DNA of 64,000 bases from Octopus sinensis. Lineage: Eukaryota. A program made the position numbers and the translations under genes. The DNA is taken from the NCBI RefSeq assembly GCF_006345805.1, contig NC_043014.1:20770001-20834000 (forward strand), given 5' to 3'. The notes beneath the pieces were generated by a model. It was not told where the DNA came from, did not search any database, and was given only the letters and a program-made list of their open reading frames with translations. This document shows positions 42,595 through 54,789 of this stretch, piece after piece (within the stretch, counting starts at the first letter, position 1; every line of letters starts with the position of its first letter).

Positions 42595-43204
42595 TCAACC
42601 ATTAACGACATAAATTATAGCAATATTCGTATCAAACATATTCCCCTTACAATATGACAAACATATCTTCGCATCCACAAACACGCACAAACCCGTATAC
42701 ATAATAGTCATTCACAAGTACATGCGCATTAGTAGTCGCACAGAAACATATTGACAACCACGCACATTGAATCCTGTTGCCATTAATCCAACAAACAGTC
42801 ACGAACACAAACATACTCCCAATTCAATATAACAGACACCTGTCTGTGTCCTCACAGGTACAGTGAGGGCGCACTCAGACGGACAGGTACATATAACAGA
42901 CCTACATACACAAAACACGCACACACGCAGTCGTACACACACAGCACACGACACACAGAGAGCCACGTGCATAAAACTACCCCCCCCCATACCTTTACAC
43001 ACAAACACAGTTGTGGTTGTGTGGTAAGAAGCTTGCTTCCCAACCACGTAGCTCTAGGTTCACTGCCATTGCGTGGCACCTCATTCTTACTCTAGCAATT
43101 ACACTTTTGGAGCATCTTTCTCCACTGCTAATTGGGTCGTAGGTAACAGAAATTACCTACTTCTGAAACAGTGGCTCTCAACCATTTTTTATCTATAGGC
43201 ACGG

Positions 43205-43302
43205 TGCGGTTGTGTGGTTAGCAGCTTGCTTCCCAACCACTGATTCTAGATTCAGTCCCACTGCATGGCACCTTGGGCAAGTGTCTTCTACTGTACGTCG
43301 TG

Positions 43303-43349
<47 letters not shown>

Positions 43350-43350
43350 A

Positions 43351-43395
<45 letters not shown>

Positions 43396-43538
43396 GAAGC
43401 AAGCTGCTAACCACACAACCGCACCGTGCCTATAGATAAAAAATGGTTGAGAGTCACTGTTTCAGAAGTAGGTAATTTCTGTTACCTACGACCCAATTAG
43501 CAGTGGAGAAAGATGATACATACATATGTATATATATG

Positions 43539-43572
<34 letters not shown>

Positions 43573-43845
43573 TGTATGTATGTATGTATGTATGTATGTA
43601 TGTATGTATGTGTGTATGTATGTATTATGTATGCATGTACATGTTTGTGTGTCTGTGTTTGTACCCCCACCATCGCTTGACAACCGATGCTGGTGTGTTT
43701 ACAGATCCGTAACTAAGCTGTTCGGCAAAAGGGACGATAAAATAAGTACTAGCCTTACACAGAATACATCCTGGGGCTCGATTTGTTCGACCAAAGGTGG
43801 TGCTCTAGCTGAGCCGCAGTCAAATGAGTGAAACAAGTAAAAGAT
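43205..43845 (+). mobile_element. SINE family A interrupted by an inverted duplication
   Basis: Head 43205-43293 and body/tail 43640-43845, with an inverted copy of 43113-43236 at 43392-43515 between them. Confidence 0.8.
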
Positions 43846-44174
43846 ACTCCTGTCACACAGCAGAGGGAATTTTTTTCTTCTTCAGTTGTTCCTTGTCAAG
43901 TTTCTCTTTGTCTTTTTACCACTAATTTCAAAAACAGCCTATGTCCGAAACGTTGGAGTCTTTAACAGTTTTCCTTCCCATGCAGCGTCAAGCTAGCTTT
44001 AATTAGAAACTTATCCTGTTATTTTTGTATCTTGCCTTGTTTGCTTTATTTTTTTTTTCACCATGTGTGCATGTCCGATCATGGGTGTGAGTGGCTGTGT
44101 GTATATGTATGTGTGAAGAGAAATACATAGAGAGAGACAAAGAGAAAGAGAGAAGGATACATACACATATGATA

Positions 44175-45538
44175 TCTCTATATATATAAAACTGAGAATG
44201 TGTGTGTGTCTGTCTGTGTGTTTCCATAAAACTTGAGAACTACACAACCAATTTCATTCAAATTTTACACATGCCTTACTTAGGGTCCATGTAGTTTCAT
44301 GGGCAAAAAAATGTTCAACCTCTTGCCTAGGGCGAGCCCACAGCAATATCATATCTTCTCCACTATTTCAGTATTACGTGTTAAAAGTGAAACAAAAACA
44401 TTTCTCTATTTTATGTCAGATACTTTCACTTTAACAATAAAAATTAGAGATAATAATAACAATTGAATTATATGTAGCAAGTAATAATTAAAATCAAACT
44501 AAAGTATTATACAAAGTAACATAACAAAAGTAAAAATAGCAATTGGTATAAAATTGCATCAATGACTTGAACTTGAATAAGTGGTTTCACATGGATGGGA
44601 ATAAATTAAAAATAAAATAGCGTGCAGAAATGGAATAGTCCAGATGGAGCTGTGCACATACCGTTTACCACAGCTTTTACATTAGATTATCTGCTAATTA
44701 GCTAGCATTAAGTATCTATATGAAATTTGGCTGTATGTAATGTCTGTTTTCTCGAACAGCCGCTTCTACTGAGTACTGCTGTTGGTTTATTTCTTATACA
44801 TAAAGGACTATAGCTTCAACTGTGTACTGCTTTTTGATTCACCGTAAGGTTTGTTGTTATTATTATTACTGCTTAACTATTGTTATCACGTTTGTTGGTT
44901 CCTCGTAAGGGAAACGTTGTTGTGTTGCATTTGTTAAATAATTGTAAAATGTTGTTATTGTTTAAAATAACACCACCAAACGAAATAAAAGATTAAATTA
45001 AAGAAAAGACTATTGTCTATAAAGTATACAATTTAGAGAAAAAAAAGATTTGAACACCTGGAGGAAAGCACCATCGAAAAGTGTCTTGGTGCGACTACGA
45101 AAGATATCTAACCAGAGACAGTAAATTCGCCACAATAGAAGCAAGGTTCGAGTCAACGGAGCGTGCAAGGGAGTACTCGACTCGAACCTTGCAAAGTAGA
45201 AATATTTTATTTTTACCTTTATATCTGGGACGTAGGACGTCCCGGATAAAAATTTAAAATGACACCCCAGAAGTAGAGGTAGGCTGGATTGTAGCCACAC
45301 TTCTATACAAGAGGGAGGACAAGATACAATTGTTCGAAATTGCAAGAGACAGGCCTACAATTCCAGTCTGTTATATATTTTGAGTATTGTTATCACTAGC
45401 GATATCAAGATATAACTTTGTATTTTGTATTTTATGTGTAGATGTATATATAGATGTACATGTAATATGTACACCTATATATTCACATATATACATGCAC
45501 TAGCACTATGACCCGGCAACGACGGGTCATAATGCTAG
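44175..45538 (+). mobile_element. Non-autonomous Helitron with both termini
   Basis: 5' A|TCTCTATATATATAAAA followed by the typical (TGTC)n tract; 3' hairpin tatgacccg-gcaacga-cgggtcata then CTAG|T at 45538; sits in an AT target with no TSD. Confidence 0.85.
44995..45350 (+). pseudogene. ORF1/gag-like coding fragment inside the Helitron, homologous to 61690-62400
   Basis: Manual translation EKTIVYKVYNLEKK...RYLTRDSKFATIEARFE...LPLYLGRRTSRIKI*NDTPEVEVGWIVATLL aligns with RCTVVYKTHSV...RYLTRGSKFGTIEVQFN...LPIYGGRRAIRVNVEGIPPDVDVAWIVAAVL. Confidence 0.75.
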
Positions 45539-45601
45539 TAGTTTTATATATATGTGCTTGTGTGTGAATGTGTATGCTTGCGTATATATACATATATATA
45601 T

Positions 45602-45637
<36 letters not shown>

Positions 45638-46233
45638 CATACATACACATATACATACATGCAAGCATGCATGCATACATACATATAAACATACATACAT
45701 ATATGTGTCTGTGTGTATGTAAGCATGCATACATTTATGTATGTTTATATATATATGCATGTATATGTATATACATGCACATATATGTGCATAAATGCGA
45801 TTGTACATACACACACACATATATATGTATGTGTGAGTGTGTATTTACGTATGTATGAATGAATGTATGTATGTATAGATGCATGTATATATAAATGTAT
45901 GTATGTGTGTTTATGTATATGTATATGCATATGTATACGTGTGTGTCTATTAAAGCAAGATTTGAAAAGAGGACACTGATTTACTGATGAAAGAACTCAA
46001 AAAAGGTTGCATGTTTCAAGCAGTCATGGAATACGCCTTGAGGTATGCGAAGCATGAAGTCCCTGTCAACCACTTTACATAATAAATTTGACTATATGCG
46101 AGTATATGTGTGTATGTGTGCGTGCTTTTATCTGTATGTGTGCGTATGAATACGTGTAGTTATTAGAGCATACATTCTTTTCCATCTAAAGAATATATCA
46201 AAATTACTTTTACTTACATACACACATATATAC

Positions 46234-47990
46234 TGTTGTGGAAAGAGACATAACACCCCCTGCGAGAACAGACTTGTCCGAACGACTATAGATAGTAGCT
46301 GTCTGAGTGAAAGATAGAACAGTAGGTGTTAATCGCAGGAAGTCGTAAGGTGTGGTTTTGGTAGTTTGGGGGAATATCGTTTGCTGGTTGGTTGGCAACG
46401 AAGATTCGATACTCACGCGAGTCAGTTAACAAATTTTCGTGATACAATGTTGTTAATTATGAAAGACCTATTAGCTTCGACTATACAGTTGCAAAAGCAA
46501 CTGCATGAACAGAAACAAAAGATGCAAAAACAACTACTCCAGCAACAAGAAAAACAACTACAGTTAATGTAGCTATGCCTTAAGAAGTCCAGAAACACTA
46601 TAAGTTCGTTTTCACCAGATGGCGTATCGAACTCCATAACAGAATTCAGTTAAGACCCGGATGAGGGTATAACGTTTGCAGTGTACTTTAGAAGGTACGA
46701 AGAAATTTTCAGGGAAGAATGCAAGTCGTGGACGGACGACGGAAAAGTAAGACTATTATTACGTAAATTAGTGTCGGCTGAACATGAAAAATATTGTAAT
46801 TTCATATTACCCAAAATAACTAGTGGAATTTGTTTCCAGGAAACAGACAAACTACTATCAAAAATACTCAGTGATAAGAGTTCACTATTTAACACTCGGT
46901 GGGAGTGTTGGACTCCAGTTAAAAGAAAGGATGAATATTTTCTCACGTATGGCGGGACTGTAACCGAATGTGCAAAAGGTTTAAACTGAAGGAATTAACT
47001 CCTGATATGTTTAAGTGCCTCGTTTTTGTACAAAGGCTTACGGCAAAGAAAGATACCGAGATACATGCAAGAATTCACACAAAACTTGAACAAGCGGACC
47101 ACAGTTTAATCCTGCAGACAGTTGCAGAGGAGTGTCAAAGAAGGGTAAATTTACGTCAGGATGTAAAGAATATTGCAGATGAGTTCTCACACGTATAAGC
47201 GTGCCGACCGGGAAAGTATAAGCAAAAAAAGTTAGGACCAAACCCATGCTACGGATGTGGAGCCCTACATTTCAGGAATGATTGTCCATTCGAGACGCAA
47301 AAATGTTACAGTTGCCAAAAAGTAGGACCCAAGGGTTTAACATTGCAGAGCAATGTTAGGAAGATCGAACATGAAAAATTCTAAAGTTTTCTCAACGGAA
47401 AATAGAAGCGTCACCGAAAAGATGAAATTTCTACATGTAAAAGTAAACGAAGTGAATATTAAATTACAACTAGATACTAGTAGCGATATCTCTATTATTA
47501 ATACCGACATATGGATAAGAATTGACAAGCTTACGTTAAAAAAAACATAAAAAATTGCACGAGGCGTGACAGGTGGAAAAACTACACTTCGTGGGCGAAA
47601 TGTGGAGTGATATCACATTTCGGGGAAAAACCTGTATAGCTAGTCTTCGTGGTAAAAAGCGCAGCCAATCAGTTCGGTATGGATTTCTTGGAGTTTTTGA
47701 CTTATGGGACCTCCCCATAAGTCTGTTCTGCAAAAATATAAATAGCTGTTCCACCAGTGAAAACAACTCAGCAGCTGAATTGAAGAAAACATTTTTAATG
47801 ATTCCTGAAGTACTGTCGGATAAATTAGGTCTCTGTTCTAAGACTGAGGCCTGTTTTCAAATAAAGGAAACGTCGTACCTGTATTCACACCTAATAGAAA
47901 CGTACCATTTGCTGCGATAACGCAGGAAGAGGAAGAATAAGACAGACTGGAGAAATTGGGAATTATTAAAAAAGTAGATTATCCTACACT
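46234..47990 (+). mobile_element. Ty3/Gypsy LTR retrotransposon 5' part (partial LTR, gag, protease, start of RT), degenerate
   Basis: LTR starts tgttgtgg and matches 51587; PBS remnant tggcaacgaag. Gag YFRRYEEIF..KVRLLLRKL; knuckles CYGCGALHFRNDC and CYSCQKVG; protease LQLDTSSDISII; RNVPFA...RLEKLGII. Confidence 0.88.
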
Positions 47991-48097
47991 GTGTGTATGA
48001 AAACAAAAAATAACAATACAGTTCTATATTTAAGAGATGATGAATTATGTATATTATTTACATTTGACGGATATTTGTCCTCATCTTGTTTGTTGTT

Positions 48098-48143
48098 AAC
48101 ACAACGTTTCGGCTGATATACCCTCCAGCCTTTATCAGGTGCC
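48098..48143 (-). ncRNA. Type I hammerhead motif with a core substitution, in a PLE-terminus-like module (about 48020-48190)
   Basis: Minus strand ggcac-CTGATAA-a-ggctg..cagcc-GAAA-cgT-T-gtgtt. G8 is replaced by A, so probably inactive. Part of the same module also occurs at 34684-34727 next to the PLE. Confidence 0.6.
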
Positions 48144-48222
48144 ATGGGGAAATTTCTGACGTGGGTTCTCATTCCTAAGGTATTTTTCGATGTTGTTGTT
48201 GTTGTTGTTATTATTATTATTA

Positions 48223-48513
48223 TTCAGTAGTTTTATTTTCATTTTTATAGCGTGCTTTCACTTCACTACCGAGCGCAGCTCTGTGTGCCTTGGGTATGTG
48301 CTGTGATTTGTTGTGATGCTCTGATGGTTATTGTATGGAAAGTGTTCTGCGTAGGATGTGTGCAGTGCCTAGTAGTGCAGTTTTCTGTATGTTATATGTG
48401 TTTGTAAGTCCTGGTGTTTTCGTTATGTATTTGTCTGAATATTTTTTTATCATGCCTAATGCACCTACTATGATAGGAATTGTTTCTGTTTTCAGATTCC
48501 ACATTCTAGTTAC
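48223..48513 (-). mobile_element. R4/Dong-like LINE 3' fragment, inverted copy
   Basis: Reverse complement of 48590-48875 (TRMWNLKTETIPIIVGALG...RRTLSIQ plus 3' UTR), bounded by (TTA)n. Confidence 0.9.
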
Positions 48514-48527
48514 AACGTGTCTCTAAA

Positions 48528-48870
48528 ATGACAACGTGTCTCTAAAAGAAATGGAGAAACTCTCAAAATACAAAGACCTGGAAATAGAGGTAACTAGAAT
48601 GTGGAATCTGAAAACAGAAACAATTCCTATCATAGTAGGTGCATTAGGGATGATAAAAAAATATTCAGACAAATACATAACAAAAACACCAGGACTTGCA
48701 AACACATATAACATACAGAAAATTGCACTACTAGGCACTGCACACATCCTACGCAGAACACTTTCCATACAATAACCATCAGAGCATCACAACAAATCAC
48801 AGCACATGCCCAAGGCACACAGAGCTGCGCTCGGTAGTGAAGTGAAAGCACGCTATAAAAAATAAAACTA

Positions 48871-48875
<5 letters not shown>
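48528..48875 (+). mobile_element. R4/Dong-like LINE 3' fragment
   Basis: KEMEKLSKYKDLEIEVTRMW...GTAHILRRTLSIQ*, 3' UTR, (TAA)n tail. Confidence 0.9.
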
Positions 48876-48934
<59 letters not shown>

Positions 48935-48965
48935 TAATAATAATAATAATAATATAATAATAATA

Positions 48966-49010
<45 letters not shown>

Positions 49011-49013
49011 TAA

Positions 49014-49052
<39 letters not shown>

Positions 49053-49070
49053 ATAATAATAATAATAATA

Positions 49071-49325
49071 ATGTGGAATCTAAAAACAGAAGCAATTCCT
49101 GGATAAAAAAATATTCAGACAAATACATAACAAAAACACCAGGACTTACAAACACATATAACTTACAGAAAATTGCACTACTAGGCACTGCACACATCCT
49201 ACGCAGAACACTTTCCATACAATAACCATCAGAGCATCACAACAAATCACAGCACATACCCAAGGCACACAGAGCTGCGCTCGGTAGTGAAGTAAAAGCA
49301 CGCTATAAAAAATAAAACTACTGAA
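49071..49325 (+). mobile_element. R4/Dong-like LINE 3' fragment
   Basis: Same 3' end as the neighbouring copies, flanked by (TAA)n. Confidence 0.9.
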
Positions 49326-49392
49326 TAATAATAATAATAATAATAATAATGATGATAATAATAATAATAATGATAATAATAATAATAATAAT

Positions 49393-50189
49393 CCCAGCAA
49401 TGGTTGAGAAGCTCAAGTCTCAAAGCAGAGACAGAGGGATTTTTAATTGCAGCACAAGACCAAAGCCTCCCCACCAGAAATTACCAAAAACATATAATGA
49501 AAAGAAATATAACAAGTAACTGCAGAATATGCGGAGATGGACAAGAAACAATAAATCATATTATCTCTGGCTGCCCAGTCCTGGCTAAGAAGGAATATAT
49601 TCACAGACATGACTGAGTTGGAACCTACATACCCTGGAAGCTATGCCAACATTATGGAATAACAACAGAAAAAAGATGGTATAGGCACACACCAGAAAAG
49701 GTCACAGAAAACGAGAAAGCAACCATACTCTGGGATATGCCGATACACACAGATAGAGAAATTAAGGCAACAGACCCGATATAGTTGTCAGAGATCATGA
49801 AGGAAAAAAATGCTTTCTAATTGATGTATCAATACCGGCAGATGACAACGTGTCTCTAAAAGAAATGGAGAAACTTTCAAACTACAAAGACCTGGAAATG
49901 GAGGTAACCAGAATGTGGAATCTGAAAACAGAAACAATTCCTATCATAGTAGGTGCATTAGGCATGATAAAAAAATATTCAGACAAATACATAACAAAAA
50001 CACCAGGTCTTACAAACACATATAACTTACAGAAAATTGCACTACTAGGCACTGCACACATCCTACGCAGAACACTTTCCATACAATAACCATCAGAGCA
50101 TCACAACAAATCACAGCACATACCCAAGGCACACAGAGCTGCGCTCGGTAGTGAAGTGAAAGCACGCTATAAAAAATAAAACTACTGAA
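49393..50189 (+). mobile_element. R4/Dong-like LINE 3' fragment (zinc knuckle and REL)
   Basis: ETEGFLIAAQDQSL, CRICGDGQETINHIISGC, RHD, WDMPIHTD, RPDIVV, KYKDL-type motif; flanked by (TAA)n. Confidence 0.92.
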
Positions 50190-50276
50190 TAATAATAATA
50201 ATATAATAATATAATAATAATAATAATATAATAATAATAATAATTAAAAAAAATAATAATATAATAATAATAAAAA

Positions 50277-50308
<32 letters not shown>

Positions 50309-50406
50309 TATAATAATAATAATAATAATAAATAATAATAATAATAATAATAATAATTAAAAAAATAATAATAATAATAATAATAAAAAAATAATAATAA
50401 TAATAA

Positions 50407-50512
<106 letters not shown>

Positions 50513-50535
50513 AATAATAATATTAATGATAATAA

Positions 50536-50566
<31 letters not shown>

Positions 50567-50593
50567 AATAATGATGATGATGATGATGATGAA

Positions 50594-50644
<51 letters not shown>

Positions 50645-50662
50645 AATAATAATAATAATAAT

Positions 50663-51512
50663 AAGGGTTTATCATAGCAGCTCAAGATCAATGCCTACCT
50701 ACAAGGAACTACCAGGCCAACATATTAAAGAACTGCAGGAGCCCAACATGTCGTGTACGTCAACAACAAAATGAAACCATTGATCATGTTTTCTCCAAGT
50801 GCAGTCTTCTTGCGCCCACAGAGTATCTCAACAGACATGATAGAGCTGCACAATATATTCACTGGGTAATTTGCAAAAGCCTGGACTTGCCCCATGATAA
50901 AAACTGGTGGGAGCACAAACCACCTCCAGTGCTTGAAAATGACCACATCTCATTCCTCTGGAACTTCACCATTCAAACTGACAGAAAGATAGATGCGAAT
51001 AGGCCAGACATCAGATTGAAAGACTTCAGACAAAAAACCTGCCGCCTCATTGATATGACTGTCCCAGTCGATATAAACGTATCTGTCAAGACCTAACAGA
51101 AACTGAGCAAATATAAAGATCTTGAAATAGAAATCAGCAAAATGTGGAACCTGAAGACTAAAACAATACCTGTCGTCATAGGTGCCCTGGGAATGATAGC
51201 AAAAGGGACTGATTGCTACCTAGCTCAGATACCAATAAACCCAAAATTGGCAGAAATTCAAAAGATAGCGCTCATAGGAACTGCTCATATCCTACGCAAA
51301 ATACTTTCTATGTAATCTCAAGTTTTAAAACAAACATAATTTTCGTATGGTTTTTTAGACATTCACTAGTACAACACTAAGTATAAAACCAAATATATGG
51401 CACCCTAGGCATAACACCAACACAAACTTCCAACTTGTTGTTTTTTTTTTAGGTCTCTGGGTGAGACTTGGAGTCAGCTTGTGCAAATGTAAAGCAAAAG
51501 TCAAACATAGAA
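50663..51512 (+). mobile_element. R4/Dong-like LINE 3' fragment, second subfamily (as 13240-13815)
   Basis: GFIIAAQDQCL, CRV...IDH, WNFTIQTDRKIDANRPDI, IDMTVP; 3' UTR matches 13620-13815. Confidence 0.9.
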
Positions 51513-51586
51513 TAATAATAAAGTAAACTTCGTTTCCTACGGAATATTATTTCTTTCCAACACCTCTCCCTTTTTGAAAGGGGAGA

Positions 51587-51837
51587 TGTTGTGGAGAGAG
51601 GCACGACACCCCTGCGAGAACAGACTTGACCGAATAATTATAAATCGTAACGGTCTGAGTAGTAAGAGACAGTTGAAAGGTGTCCTTTTGGTAGTTTGTC
51701 GGAATGTCGTTTGTTGGTTCGTGGAGAGTTTGTTGGATTGTTATGTTGTTGTCACCTTGCTTCGTTACATATTTTACTGTTACTACACGGTTATAGTGTA
51801 AGCAAGAATCTTCAAAAATAGGGGCGATACTACAATA
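51587..51837 (+). mobile_element. Gypsy LTR preceded by a polypurine tract and followed by a PBS-like motif
   Basis: gaaaggggaga|TGTTGTGG ... CTACAATA|at|tggcgacgag; the first ~150 bp resemble 46234-46390. Confidence 0.8.
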
Positions 51838-51849
51838 ATTGGCGACGAG

Positions 51850-51918
51850 TAACAACGTTACAATACATACAAACATACGTACGTGTGTACGTACATACAT
51901 ACACTAATACATACATAT

Positions 51919-51949
<31 letters not shown>

Positions 51950-52127
51950 CATGCATACATGCATGCATGCATACATACATACATACATACATACATACAT
52001 ACATACATACATGCATACATACATACATACATACATGCATACATACATACATACATACATACATACATACATACATACATACATACATACATACATGCAT
52101 ACATACATACATACATACATACATACA

Positions 52128-52158
<31 letters not shown>

Positions 52159-52160
52159 CC
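51850..52160. repeat. (CATA)n microsatellite
   Basis: Directly visible. Confidence 0.95.
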
Positions 52161-52556
52161 ACGTACAAGTTCAAATATTTATGTATTTATCCTTGCATAC
52201 TTACAGAACCTATACACATGCACATATATGCATATATGCATATGATTCCACCCGGATTACCACTGGATATACTCACAGATTTCACTACACTCTTCTGTTA
52301 ATGAAAAATCGCACCAATAAACCACGACGGTTGAACATTTTTGAACTTTTCGTTTTTTCTTACGTTGTTACATTACCTTTCTCTCTCCATTTCTTATTTT
52401 CGTTAAGTCTCTTTTCCCCAACCAGCTGCATTGCTTGATCGCACATGAATATATTATATATATATATATGCATATATATATATATGTGTGTGTGTGTGTG
52501 CGTGAATGTGTGTTATATGTATGTCGTATATATATATGTGTGTGCCTACATGTATG

Positions 52557-52599
<43 letters not shown>

Positions 52600-53459
52600 C
52601 CAGTATATTATATATATTTTCATGCTTGTTCATGTGCGTATGCAAAATAGATTTTCCTTTAATCATGTAAGTTTCTTTCATGTATTCTATTTTTCTTATG
52701 TCAATTTATTTAACTAAATCCTTTAACCCAGAATGGCTTAGTTGTAGGAAGAAGGCCAATATCCACGAAGCTTACCAAGATCCCCGCCACCGTGGCTAAT
52801 TGGAAAGAAAAAGAGATCAAAACCTTGATTTGTGGGTTGAAGCAGCAGGCGATACCGCATTCTCTTAGTTTCGTGCAGGTTTTTAATCAAGAATTTATTT
52901 CCTCGTTTAATTTAAATCAATAAATTTCCTAGTGTTATCTTGTACAGGATGGTGGTGGTGATGTTGTTGTTGCTGTTGATGTTGCTGTTGCTTTTGCTGG
53001 TGGTGGTATCGAGGATGTATTCCTTGTTTGTTTCCTTTCCTCTTATAATTGCTGTCGTTAATGCATTTTTCATCTTGTAGCGTTGATGTTACTGTTGTTG
53101 TTGTTTGCTGTACCTGCTGCTGCGTTTGTTGGGCTGTTTGTTTTTACGTATTGTTTAAGTAATTGTTTTTGTTGGTGGTTTTGCATGTCACTTTCGTCAT
53201 TTCGTTGTTATTGTTGTTGTTGTTTTTGTGGTTGTTGTTGTAGAAGGACTTGTTGATGGTGTGTTTTTATTGCTTTTGCTTGTTTTTTTTGTTCTTTAAC
53301 CATAGGTTGGTGCTGATTCACCAAACCTATGATAAGAATCGTCCTGACATGATCATCTAACCTAATCACAGAATCGAGAGGAGACTCTACTATTATTTCT
53401 AGCAAAGTCGAGTGGCCATAAATAAAGATGAATTATTGTTGTATATGAGTGTGTATTTT

Positions 53460-53494
<35 letters not shown>

Positions 53495-53595
53495 ATGATA
53501 ATAATAATATGAGGGAATTTTATTCCAAACTTACAGGGAAAAATTCAATTTAGAAATCCTAGATCAAATTTCACAAAATATAATATATATATATA

Positions 53596-53751
53596 TAAAT
53601 TAGAAAACAAACCACCTTTTATCAATTCAATAATGAAAAATTAAATTATACCATCTAGAAAATGATATATTTCTATAATATGTAATTTTCTAGATGTGTA
53701 ATTCAATTTTTTATTATTGAATTGATAAAAGGTGGTTTTTTTTCTAATTTA
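53596..53751. repeat. AT-rich imperfect fold-back palindrome (about 70-bp arms)
   Basis: taaattagaaaa..accaccttttatcaattcaataat..catctagaaaat mirrored by attttctagatg..attattgaattgataaaaggtggt..ttttctaattta. Confidence 0.85.
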
Positions 53752-53757
53752 CATATA

Positions 53758-53791
<34 letters not shown>

Positions 53792-53795
<4 letters not shown>

Positions 53796-54404
53796 CCTTG
53801 TAGTTTGATCGTTGATGGTCTATTTCTAGCATACGGCCGACTCCCTAGCAGTAAGCTCTGCCAATATATACATATATTAGAATTTTCTCTGACTTCTCAG
53901 ATTTTTTGTATGCTGGACTACTGGTTTTAAATTGATATTAAAATTAATATTAATTTATCTCCCTCATTATTTAAATATTGAAATAAATACGTTCTCTAGT
54001 AGTAAGCACCAACCGCAGTGAATTATTTACTGCAGCCCTTCGCCTCAGGAATTTTTAGCGCGCCAGAACCAAGACATTTGAAATTTTATCACTAGTGTAA
54101 TCGGTAAAACTATACACGTGTCTGTACTGGCACGAAAGCTGGGGTTAGTTTTTCAGTTTACATTACAATGAACGAATGCACTGAAGAAGCACGGACATTT
54201 GAATTACGTAAGTAATTCTTTTGTTAAAGGCCGAAACCGAGGTATGCATTTAATTCTGTTTTTTATATAAATTTTCATTTGTCCTGCCCGCCAAATTTGG
54301 TTCTGGTGTTCGCTGTATTTTTCCTCTAGAGAATTTCCTTGTAGTCTGATCGTTGATGGTCTATTTCTAGCATACGGCCGACTCCCTAGCAGTAAGCCCT
54401 GCCA

Positions 54405-54409
<5 letters not shown>
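53792..54409 (+). mobile_element. Candidate non-coding retrozyme/PLE-derived unit with 77-bp direct repeats
   Basis: 53792-53868 and 54333-54409 are identical except for 2 positions; (TA)n on both sides; no ORF; internal hammerhead. Confidence 0.65.
54175..54250 (+). ncRNA. Type I hammerhead ribozyme
   Basis: aatgca-CTGAAGA-[extended stem II with gaattac-gtaa-gtaattc]-GAAA-cc-ga-gg-TA-tgcatt. Perfect 6-bp stem I, intact core, short stem III, predicted cleavage after GUA at 54244. The base of stem II pairs imperfectly. Confidence 0.72.
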
Positions 54410-54487
<78 letters not shown>

Positions 54488-54789
54488 TAATTAATTATTG
54501 ATTGAGGATAGACGAAGTACTAGCGGTGGTAGAAATAAAAGTCGAAAACTTCTCAAATAAGCCACCATTTCACTGAAAATTCAACAGGCTGATGAAAATC
54601 GAGGAACGGGCAAGATTTAACTTACCATTGCGGTTGAAAGTCGCAAGTGAGGATCACATATATACCTATATCTTGTACCCTCAATTATAATTGATAATTA
54701 ACTATAAATTTATGAATTTGCCTTTTTGGCTTTAATGCTAGCTGGCCATTTATATTATTGTTATTATTTATTAATAATAATAACAATAT

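Noticed and set aside
54585-54680. Second hammerhead (CTGATGA...GAAA) downstream of the main one
   Set aside because: Stem II-like pairings exist but stems I and III do not close convincingly.
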